A stretch of DNA of 63,726 nt, filler included, from Choristocarpus tenellus KU-1152 (taxonomy: Eukaryota; Protista; Phaeophyceae), in NCBI GenBank assembly GCA_964200185.2. It is 11 parts of 11 records of this genome, joined end to end, with 100 filler letters (N's around TTAATTAATTAA, not from the genome) between each part and the next. Parts side by side here need not be neighbours in the genome. Positions count along the whole stretch, not along the records: positions 42,351 to 52,718 come from CAXNAD020002968.1; positions 52,819 to 55,515 come from CAXNAD020025558.1; positions 55,616 to 60,815 come from CAXNAD020011526.1; positions 60,916 to 63,726 come from CAXNAD020024545.1; 7 more parts are not named here. One strand, written 5' to 3'. Positions 50,138-61,056 of the stretch are shown one piece after another. Positions within the stretch are counted from its first letter, which is position 1. The number at the start of each line of letters is the position of its first letter. The notes under the pieces are model-generated. The model ran no database searches. It was not told the DNA's origin and saw only the letters and a list, made by a program, of their open reading frames with translations. The position numbers were made by a program, and so were the translations under genes.

Positions 50138-52675
50138 TAGAAGCAACACACTGGTACTTTGAAGTATCCTCGCTTCTGTATATTTTCCCTTCACTCACAG
50201 GGAGACAGTAGTAACGTGATAATATGCAAGGCCTATAGATGCCTTGAATCGACCTTATGAGCATCTGTAGATACTGTCTCCTTGCAGCACCTAACATTAG
50301 GCCTTCTTGTCCTCAATTGCATCAATGACTTTGGGGACCACCAACCTCTGTGTCCTTACTAAACTTGGTCTCTACCTAGATGTAGAGTAGGGCTTGAATT
50401 AGCAGTAAATTGGGCAGTAGGGAGAACTGGTATAGAACATTCTGCTGGGCAGAAGGTAACCCAGATATTACTCTTGTGTAGAGAACCTATTCCACAGTGA
50501 TGCATCATATGGCTGGCATTCTGTTGGGTAGTTTGCGAATGCTCTTTATGTCCATAGGTATAAAGCTCTTGGCTCAAAGTGATACCTGAGTAGGAGTGGT
50601 GTAGTGTGCTATTGAACGTGCAGGAGATGGATGCGGCAATCACCTATTTGGTACTAAACAATATCTATGTGGATTATAGGAGTCATGTTCGGTGAGAGCT
50701 GTCACATCAAGCTGAATAATACCCTCAAACAGTTCCAGTTTCCTTCGTTTTGTTAATGCGATTATTTTCCGAACACAATGTGGGGGTTCAAACTCCTCCA
50801 TAGATGGGGGATTGGCAGGGCATCTCAATATGCTCTATCTTTTTTGTTCATCATGAACCATTCATCCCATATCTCAGATTGATTTTGGTCTCCTGTTTCT
50901 ATGATTCTGCATGTATGCAGGAGGATACAGCGTGTCTTACACCAACACAACCTTGATGCCATTCTGTTAAATCACCATTATCAATATAGTTGTTGCAGGT
51001 ATTCAAGCATCTCTCTTGAACAAGTTATTCCCTGTATCAGTCACCTTCATTTTGTCCTAGATATCTATACTGTTGGAGCTGGAACTGTGTCACTAACTCT
51101 CCTGGAACGACAGTTGATATGAAGTGTGTAATCGTTTTTGTAAGCGACAAGGCTCTCATACTCATTCAGTGCTTGCCTGGAAGCACAGCAGTATGAGATT
51201 GCACCTCCCCTGACAATACTATTGCGATGGAGATTCTGTTGTTCACGACATACACACAATGTGATATACCCACATTGAATTGATGCAGAAGGGTGTTCTT
51301 GGGATGCTGAGACAGTGTATTATCCCAGTGTTGCAATGGGAGGAATTTTGACAGTCCTGTGGTCACTGCTCTGTGTGCCCATGTCCTGCCATTAGTAGAC
51401 TATTATGACAAGAATGTTAGAACTTCCATCTCTCCTGAGCAAAAAGTCAAATCTTCCTGGTTACACACCAGCATAAAATTGTTCATATTCTTTCACTCCT
51501 GCCCCTGATATAACTGTTTTAGTCACTCCAGTGGTTTCCATACCCTCTGGACTTTTCTTGAAGGTTTATGCTCCTTCTACATTCCCCATCGCTGTCACAG
51601 TGAGCCCTATCTCATCTGGTGATTGATCCTCACGGTCACTATGTATTTCTAGCTCTGACCTGGAGCTAACGCCTTCGACTACCTCCCTGAACTCCTTGCA
51701 CTGGTGTGGTTGGTCACGGAAGCATGTCCTCCGAGAGTCTTCCTGAAAAAGGGTTGGAGATGTTCTGTGGGTAATGGCTTTGATTTCTAAATGCGGGGGT
51801 CAACTTCCATCAATTGGTATTGATCAGTACAACACTTGGAAGGTGTTGGTCATTCTGGACAGAGTTGTAAAACAGGGAGGTTATGTGGTGGGAAATTAGT
51901 GCATATATATTTTTTATCTTTGTCTTTAACCAGTACAAGAAGTGGACATGCGTGTGGTTATTGTGGTGCAGAAATAGTTACGATTAGAGCCTGGTTGAGA
52001 AATTGGACAATTTGGATGAAAATTTGCTGTTTTGGGAAAGTCATTTGTTGGCAGGATGGCATGCTGATAAAATGGAATCTATGATGGTGTAAGAAGTATA
52101 CTTCGAATGATTGTATTGGACTGTGGACGTTTTCTTGCATCATGATCACACTGTCCCATTGACGAAATTAACCCTGAACCTAACTTGACTATCAACTGTT
52201 TCCTTGACCCCTTCGATCCAAGAGCAATAGAAATAATGCATTTGTGTACTAGCTCACCAAAACATTAGTATTCACTCTCCTGGTTCTCAGGGTGATAGTA
52301 CTTCTGCTCTTAGCAACCTATCTTCTCCTGAGCAGCAATGAAACTCAGGGACCATGGAGGGTGTCTGTGAACAACTTTGTCAGTCCTGTGGCGGTGCTTA
52401 AATTGATCCTCACCAATATCTTGAAGTGAGAGAAGTGCAGTTTAATCTTGGTGTCTTGGTACCTCTTCACAGCCACCTCCTTCACCTTGCTTGACACTGA
52501 CCCCATCCTGAGCCTTTCCACCATGCGCTCTCCTACTCCGCCAAAAAACAAAAACAAAGTTGGGTATGAGTCTTTGATTGTAAGGGAAAAATCCTTCCAA
52601 CCTCTCCTTACACAGCTTGGATGCACTCAGTCTATATTGATTTCACCACAGTAAATCATGAAACTATGACAATTG

Positions 52676-52718
52676 GAACCAAAGTATCTTAGAGGGTAGG
52701 GCCTCGTCCATTTGGGGT
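52676..52718 (+). mobile_element. MITE family A left end, truncated by assembly gap
   Basis: GAACCAAAGTATCTTAGAGGGTAGGGCCTCGTCCATTTGGGG followed by Ns. Confidence 0.85.
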
Positions 52719-52856
52719 NNNNNNNNNNNNNNNNNNNNNNNNNNNNNNNNNNNNNNNNNNNNTTAATTAATTAANNNNNNNNNNNNNNNNNNNNNNNNNN
52801 NNNNNNNNNNNNNNNNNNAAAAAAAAATATGATAATATTATTAATGCCTTTCCCTT

Positions 52857-53811
52857 AGGCCTCCCCCATACAAGCTTCGTTTTTTTTCGCCGTTTTTTTT
52901 TTTAACAAATGACCCTCATATTGGGGTTCTAACCCTGGATTGTAGGTCACCAAGAGTGGCAACAGATGCATTACTACTTTTGATTGAAGTATAGGGTTCA
53001 GCTGGGAAAGAAGCCTCCCCACCCTTTCTTCCTGTGTGTTCACGCACCCACTCCTTGACCTCGATACCACCAAATCCTTTGCGTAGAAGAGGTTGCGAAG
53101 CAAGTGGAGGTAGCCATTGATGAGGACGCCAGAGAAGAAGAGGAGGTGAGATTGAGACTATTTGCACACTGATGGTTTGGTGTCTCCCACTTCTTGCAAG
53201 ATGCCGTACGTTCACTTTTCTTCCTGGACTTAGGGTCGGACGTCTGAAGTTGATTGAGGCTTTCTCCCAGTCTGCATTCATTCGAGAAATCAACACAATT
53301 TTCGATCAACTCAAGCCTGTCCTCCCTCACCCTTGTGCCTTGATAAGATATCACCCACCCAGGAAACACGGACATCGCCCATTTCCGGCGCTCAACGAGG
53401 AAATGTGATTGTAAAGGCTCTAACTCTGCGAATCCTATACTTGTGTATGAACGACGGGAAAGACTGTCAAACGGCGCTCGAGAAGGCAGCAGGATACGCA
53501 ATGGTCAGGTCGGAAACTGTGAGTAAATGAGAGAGACTTCCTAACTAAGGGAGCAAGGGCGCTACGAGAGGCGTTTCGTTCTGGGCCTCGACGAGGACAT
53601 CCTTGCCGAGGTCAAAGAGTGGGTGCGCCAACACACAGGAAGGTTGGGTGGGGAGGCTTCTTTCCCACATAAACGCTACACTTCAATCAAGTAATAGTCG
53701 ATCTGTTGCCATTCTTGGCGACCTACAATCCAGGGTTCGAACCCCAATATGAGGGCTATTTCTATTTTTTTAAATGGCGAAAACAAACGAAGCCCGTAAT
53801 CTGGAGGGCCT
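52857..53811. repeat. ~205-bp imperfect inverted repeat pair (52857-53063 / 53607-53811), probably two back-to-back retroposon 3' ends
   Basis: Arms align from CGAGGTCAA(G/A)GAGTGGGTGCG to GGCGAAAA..AACGAAGC. A third partial copy lies at ~59953-60005. Confidence 0.8.
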
Positions 53812-53997
53812 TGTGACGGGCATCACGAATATGCATTTTTTTTTATTTGATCTCTACATCAAAGGTTATGACGGGACAACCCCAGAGGGCGAAGCTATTG
53901 GTACCACTATCTGTGAACAGTTCTCATTAGTTTTTCCCCTGGCACATCTAAAAAATGTCGGAGGGTATTATAAATATATATAGTAATAATACCAATA

Positions 53998-55434
53998 CAG
54001 TGCACATGTACCTATATAAGAGAGATCGATATAAGACAAATGGGATATAAGAGAGGGCAAATTCCCTTCTCAGGACGTTTCAGGCTGTAAGAGAGGTTTC
54101 GCCGTTTTTCTGTCAATTCTCTCTAATATCGAGCAAACTCGCACTTTTTTTCACTATTTGACGTAAGGGTTTCTCAAGAAGCAGTGTATAAAGTTAAACA
54201 AAAGATAACAAAGGCACTAAGGTGCTTGAGATAATCAGTACACAGTATAGCATGTGGAATAACCTAGTGTTATCCTTACGTTGTCTGTGCTGATACAAGT
54301 ATAAGACATAGGTTTCATGTACGTTTATCTTTAGTTGGGTACAATGCAAAGTAGTAATGCGCATAGCGGTAATAATGAGTCAGCATTCACTCATACGTCA
54401 GTTATGATGGATGGATGGCGGGCAATTAATTTTCAGTGCATGTTTTACCATGTAGGTCAACCAGCAGCTTTGGGCGACAAGCCCTTACATGCGCCAAACT
54501 TCTCAACATAGCAGTCTTTTGCACAGTACAGTACATACAGTATATCACATCAAGTTTAGACGACTGCATTATGCAGATATAACGATATCCTGTGCAGCGG
54601 GATCCAGCTGCAACATACACGGTAATACTGTCACAGGCGATATGTCTTGATGGCGGTTTCATAAACACCAATATGACATTGAAGTTCTAGATTCGATATA
54701 CTTGCACTTCTTGATTATTTATTTATTATTTGGTCATTATGGTCCCTGATTGTGATAAGACAGCGTGGACCAGTTACTTTTTAATATGATTTTGACGATA
54801 ATCCAAGTGAGAGATCCGGCATACTTGACGACTTGTGCATCAGGAGTCCTATACGTACATCAGCATCATCTATAAGACCGTAGATTGGAGCTATACATCC
54901 TGGGGAGGTAAGCTTTCTGCGGTGCCTGTAACAATTCTCCTGGTCTGCCACATTATGATACATGCCCTAAGTGTGTCACCTTTGTAGCGGCCATCTTCAT
55001 GGCGTTTGCAGCTTCGTGGATCCTTTTGGCGCCAGCGAAATGAAAAGCGTGTGCAAATTGTACGTGAGCCCAACCAAGCACAAGGCTTTGGGTCCTCCAG
55101 CTGGTGACAACACAGCGTCGAAGTGCTACAATAACAAGAGCAAGGGCAAGGGGAAGGTGCTGCCAAATAAATCTACAGAGAAAGACGCATCCTACAAGCC
55201 TCGCAACGCCGACAATCTTAAGAGCTTGAGCTTTGCAGAGAAGGTGGAAGCATTGACACTCCTGAAAGACCATGACGGGAACTGTGGTTATTCAAAAGTT
55301 TGGAATTGGTCACAGCACCTTCTACAAGTTGAAGAAGGAGGCAATAACCATCATGGAGAGAACGGAGATGTTAAAACCTGACGCTAAGTCTACAAGGGGT
55401 ACCAAACATGTCGAGGTGTGTCAGCGTGTGGAAC
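53998..55434 (+). mobile_element. 5' fragment of pogo/Tigger-like DNA transposon (CENP-B/psq-type HTH), frameshifted
   Basis: KSLSFAEKVEALTLLK plus (frameshift ~55270) VIQKFGIGHSTFYKLKKE...KSTRGTKHVEV. Putative terminus TA|CAGTG..GTACCTATATAAGAGA at 53998 with ATAAGAGA sub-repeats; a similar end sits at 60013. Cut by a family B MITE at 55435. Confidence 0.7.
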
Positions 55435-55615
55435 ACCTCAAAGTATCTGGGGGGGGGGGGTGGCTGTTACGGCCCCTTTTTTCCGCGTGGCGCGTTTTGG
55501 GTGCTCTGGTTGCATNNNNNNNNNNNNNNNNNNNNNNNNNNNNNNNNNNNNNNNNNNNNTTAATTAATTAANNNNNNNNNNNNNNNNNNNNNNNNNNNNN
55601 NNNNNNNNNNNNNNN

Positions 55616-56561
55616 GCAGCAACCCCTTCCCCCCATCTCCAATGCCAGTGGCGTTGTCCATTCTGGCCCTCAACCTATCCGCCCCCCCCCCCGCCCCCTT
55701 GTCGATATCATCCCCACCATGACAGTAGGGCAATGCTGTCCCAGTAGCCAATTTCTCTGAACCTCCACCCTCAGGATTGCACCTGTTGATGGGTGAACCT
55801 TGTGGGCTACTGTCACCACGACGCTTCTGAAGGTGCGTAGGAATACCAGGAATCATGGCAGCCAGCGCGTTGAAGCTTTGTCGGGTGTCTGCCACTGTTG
55901 AGAGGGCATGAAGATCTTCACGTGACCGCGTCCGACCACGTCTGGTAAATTGTTCATCTGCAAGGACAGGCTCACAGGAATCCTCCTCCGCAACCACCGG
56001 ATCACCACTGTTATTGCTGTATCCGTAGAAGCCGTCACTCGCTAGAGCTCCTGGAAGAAGGCCCCAGCTCTTGACTGGGCGGAGGAAGCTGAAGCGATCA
56101 GTAGAGCCGATACATGGGAAAGACTCTGGCGACTGTCGAACTTCGACGTTTAAGGCAGGGACATTTTGGTCTATGTTGGGGGCTAGAGAGGCATCAAAGT
56201 TCACTAGAGCATCCCCTAAGCCAGGGCCGCTTTCAGGCAATACAACTCCACCACCCCCTTCAGCCGCATCATGATCATCCTCAGACAGCATTAGGCTGGC
56301 CACGCTTCGCAACCGAGGTTGAGCAAACATCGGTGGGAGCGTGTCGTCACCAGCTGCACTTCCTCCCTCCCAACCACAGTCGCTATTAATCGTCGAAATG
56401 TTCACTCCTCCGACCCCAAGACTCGATTCCTCCACAGCAGACCCTGCCCCAATGCTCAGCAAAGCGTACGCTGCAGGTTCCAGGTGAGCCCCTCCACCTG
56501 ACTTGGCATACTTATCCATTCGTGGCCCGCTGGGCAAAAAACACGGTCCACAGAGGCTCAT
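55616..56561 (-). CDS. Large exon of an uncharacterised Gly/Ser/Asp-rich protein (runs into gap)
   Basis: 315-codon stop-free frame, GC-richer than its flanks. The first ATG directly follows CCCCAG, so this may be an internal exon. No recognised domain. Confidence 0.6.
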
Positions 56562-59083
56562 CTGGGGTCCCGTGAGTGGAGTAGGTGTTCAATAAATAAC
56601 CCACCCCTTATGAGGTCTAAGGTTTCCAACGCAATGTTGGGGGAGACTATTCTACAGATTTGCTTTCACAGTTCTACAGCTTTGCGGAGACTTGACGTTT
56701 CCGTTGATGACGTGCGTTGATTCAGCTTTAGTCGATTGGATGAAAAGATAACCACCTCCTATCCTAGACTCACCCGTGCCCCAGATCCAACCACCAGCGT
56801 CTAGCCTGATATGTGAAACACGATCCTTAGCTACTCTAGGTGAGGCACAGGTGCTACACAGGTAGACAAAGTAGTTGTTGACGGGATAATGAGATTGTTG
56901 GATTTGACACATGGGGTCCCTCTTGCCACACTGTTGTTCTATGTTGTTGTAGTGTATAAATATATCCCGAGAATTATATTTTTTCATAGAAAAGGGATGC
57001 ATCTTGAAAAATGAATTATCAGAGTTTGTAATACATTTCATAATCGATAATGAACACATATCATGGAGAATTTATCTATTTACCGATAGAACCTAAGTAT
57101 TAAGTGGACAATGTGAGGTCGAAATATCCCAACCGATTGACCAGTACAACGTGTGAAGGGTTGGCCTCCTCCAAACTACTACTTTTTAATGTAGAACGAG
57201 GTCTGTAGACAAATGACACTTCAAATTATTCTATGTGATAAATTGTACAATGAATGTCGATTTTCCATCTAAGAAGATCGATATTCGAATATCTTTTGTT
57301 AATTTGTGTCAGTATTTCATCAAAACTAGAGTCTGTAGACCTGTACGTCGGAATGAAAAAAACGTATCTTTTCAAAGTTCGGGGTAATTACAGAATATTT
57401 TAAAATAGTGCATCATTCCAGAAAATTTCTACGACTAACAAACAAACAACTCCCCGATCCAGTTCGCTACTCTACTCTCTCGTAAACCACGCAAAACTTT
57501 ATGTGGTGTGGTGACAGGTGGTACTGAAAAGTCCTGTAATGATCATTGCCATTCATCTGGTGCGCCAAATGATCAAGGAGGTCAATCGAACTGTTACGGT
57601 TGAACTGGTCTTATCCACACGCTGATTCCAATTCGCATCCCATGGCTCATTGATGTTCCAGAAACTAGCCCTGATAGAAACCAGAAGGTGGACAGGAGAA
57701 GGACAGTAACAGTACTTTGAAGTAGTACAGTAGAAGTGGTAAAGGTGGCTGGAAGACGACCATCGATTGAGAAGTTTGGGATTTTTGAGGGATGGCGTGG
57801 AAGAAAGTAGCATTAGGAGGGCACAAAGAACTTCATACCTTGTCATAGAGGAGGTAGAACACAGGCAAGGCAGTCCAACCTCATCGGAGTGCATTCACAC
57901 TCACCATTCATCATTAACCTTCACTTCAACACTCTCTCGATCCGTATTGATATATCCATCTCCGAATTTGTGTCTGTATCACTGGTTTTGTTTTGAAACA
58001 TTTTGGAGATGAATCTATTTTTGTGTGTTCACAATTTAGTCTAGTTTTCATCTTTCCCTGTATCACCCTTGTTTGAGATGCTCCTTTTCTCGTTTTGGGC
58101 TGTTTCTTTCGCTTCACTATTTCTTCAATAATTATATTATTAAGCCTTTCTTACATTTTGTAGATGCGTCAGGGAAAAACCAAAACTATAAGGCTACTGT
58201 AAATACATTGTCATCAATAGCAAAACACCCCTCTAAAAAGTTCGTTCTACATATATATCATTTTTCTGTGATGTATTTTGTGAACAAGTGATGAGTAGTA
58301 GTGTTTTGAATTGAATGAACGCTGAACTTTCTTTTCCATTTTCTTCCTCAAGTTCCTTTTTTTTTACAGGATAAGGCAGGGAGAACTACAATTGTCGTTA
58401 TGTGACGACAGTAATTAACGCGTCAAATCTCAACTATTGTATATGTTTTGTTGTACAGTAGCAGTAGTAACACCGAAATGTTGAATGTTCACATTACACC
58501 TGACTTAGTGTAAGTGTAAATAAACACTTTGTTCGTACACATAGTGGTTGTGGTACTTCCTTTTCTCGAAAATATTGATGGGAATAATATATTCTACTAT
58601 TCGATGTTCTTACACTGTAGATTGCACATCTCACATTTACACCCTGGGTTAGCTACTTTTTGTGTCTAAAATAACACCTATTCTATGATAACATACAGAT
58701 ATTATCGCTTTTTATCGCATTCGGCTCCTTAATTAGTAAGATCTATATAATCTAGAAATTGATCTTGTTAGTAACTTGAACGAAATCGGCCAACTGAGAT
58801 ATACTAACAGAGTTCAACAGAGAAAAAAATCCCTGACATACCAGAAAATGTCAGAGGGGTAATCGCATGAAAAATGTGTCAACAATAAATTCTGTAACAC
58901 ATAATATATTATTATACCTTCAATACTTTGGAGATTTGTTGAAGGGGGGGATTTTAACAAATTGGTATGTTAGTACGTTTGGTACTTTGGAAATACCTAA
59001 ATATTATGCCCTCTGACATTTTGTAGATATGTCAAGGGGGAAGGGTCACCGAGACCAATAAACTATATGACCAGGACTGCAGT

Positions 59084-59343
59084 GAGTCAGAGTAAATGAG
59101 AGGTACCCATGTTTTGGACATTTAACATTTTAAGTTTATTTTTCAATATTTTGCCATTCACCGACATGTCTACGGATGAAGTTCAAAATTTGGGTTGAGA
59201 TCTTTTGTTTCTGTTTCGTTTGAAAAAATTCCGACACAATTCAGAAAATACTCTATACACGTTTGTTGTAAAAACCGAATCTTGCAAATATTTGTCCGTA
59301 TCCTTAAGATGCAACTCTGAGTACCTCTCGTTTACTTTGACTC
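59084..59343. mobile_element. MITE family C (260 bp) with GAGTCA(A/G)AGTAAA(C/T)GAGAGGTAC TIRs
   Basis: Left GAGTCAGAGTAAATGAGAGGTAC; right GTACCTCTCGTTTACTTTGACTC (21 of 23 complementary). Interior looks unrelated to family A. No TSD seen. Confidence 0.75.
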
Positions 59344-60355
59344 GGTAGTTACAACAGTTGTTGTCAACGCTCAGTAAATATGTACCAATTGGAAACTAAA
59401 ATATATTATACCATTTAATATGTAGTATAGTATACTACAGATGTTTTTATCCCCATTGACATTCTGTACATGTGTGACGGAGGGAAAGACAAAGATCAAG
59501 GCTACATATACAGTCTTTTCTACAAGAGTGGTCACTTCCAAACATATTTCTAATATACAGTGCTGACTACTTGCACTATATAATAACAAGGTCACTTGGG
59601 AGATCGTCCCCGGACCAATGTTCACACTACTTGACTATGCCCCCAGTCTAGCCATATGAAGGTGGGCAAGGAGCGAGGGAAGAATATCAAGAATCCGTGA
59701 GGTCCCTTAGTGCCCATCTATATATATTACTTTGCTGTGTCCAGGGATGGAAAAGACCAAAATTGGCATCTGTAGTAGAGACCGGCACGAAATATATTAT
59801 ATGTTGGCGTGGTGCTATTTTTTCAGAGTGATATTTATTACAGATTTGTCATATTATAGAGGGAATATAGTTGTGTGTGAAAGTGTCTTTGTGGAGAACA
59901 AAATGAGTTGGGTTTTTTGTTCGATTTTTGATTTTTATAAGGAAAGAGCGCTCGTATTGGGGATCGAACCCTGGATTGTAGGTCACCAAGAGTGGCAACA
60001 GATGTAGTATTACAAAGGTGTACCTATATAAGAAATATAAGAGAGGGTAGGGGCAAGAAAAAAAGTCTCTTATATGCCGATCGTCTCTTATTGAATATAA
60101 GAGCGCTTTTATCTTAAACCAAGGGATCGTGATAAGAGAAACCTATGTTACATCGAGCAACAGTGCTCGTAGGCACTTATATACTTGTCCCAGAATGACG
60201 ACAGAGCGACGTCCCTGCTGTATGTGCTTACCGTGTGCCTTCAAGAGTAGTTGCATGTAGATAGATATGTGTTGAACTTTGCCCTTGGTGAGCCCTTTTC
60301 GATGAAGCTGTGGTGGTGCAGCAAGCACTACATCTACACCACCCCTGCACAGTAT

Positions 60356-60614
60356 GAGCCAAAGTATCTTAGAGGGTAGAGCCACGTCTATTTGGGTACC
60401 AAAATCCAATGTTGTGATTTAGATATAATTTTGGCTTATCGTGTTTGTTAGGAAGTCTCAATATCCTTGTTTCGGATGCACCTTTTCATAACCTGTACAT
60501 GTTACCTACTCCAAAACATTTTAGAGTAGGAAAATGTCACAAAAACCCTGATGGAAGCCAGGCCCCAAATGGACAAACAGGTCAAAACAGGTACCCTCTA
60601 AGATACTTTCACTC
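60356..60614 (+). mobile_element. MITE family A copy 9 (259 bp)
   Basis: GAGCCAAAGTATCTTAGAGGGTAG ... TACCCTCTAAGATACTTTCACTC. Flanks GTAT/TAAT are not identical. Confidence 0.92.
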
Positions 60615-61056
60615 TAATACCAGTGTCATATGTACACAATAGTACAACTTTGTTGGTATATATTACACTCATTTCGATGTACTCGCTCATATGTATAGTA
60701 CAACTTCCCAAGAAAAAACAGCAGATACAAAAAAAAACATATCGACACATTCTCCCAGTCAAATTCGTGTCAAGCACATCTTCAACGCAAAGCAACATCA
60801 ACAAACGTTCAAATCNNNNNNNNNNNNNNNNNNNNNNNNNNNNNNNNNNNNNNNNNNNNTTAATTAATTAANNNNNNNNNNNNNNNNNNNNNNNNNNNNN
60901 NNNNNNNNNNNNNNNGGGGGGGCGGGGAGTGGTGGCGGATGGCAGCCCCCGCCCCCCCCCCCCGACCAAAAAAGCGCTCGTAACAGTAAACCTTCACTAG
61001 GCTCTAAAAAAAATGCCACAAAAAAAAGTCTCTCTCTGTACACCACGCAATTATAG

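Noticed and set aside
50300-52630. Possible decayed element with many short ORFs (likewise 15800-17500, 43700-45350, 57550-57900)
   Set aside because: No diagnostic motif or termini recognised; left unannotated.
53700-53750. tRNA gene suggested by GGGTTCGAACCCC
   Set aside because: No acceptor stem or D-arm could be formed by eye, and the motif lies inside a dispersed repeat.
989-60614. Repeated palindromic sequences as a CRISPR array or integron attC sites
   Set aside because: Copies are dispersed at kb scale, occur in both orientations, have TSDs and lie in eukaryotic introns. There are no regular spacers or cas/intI genes.
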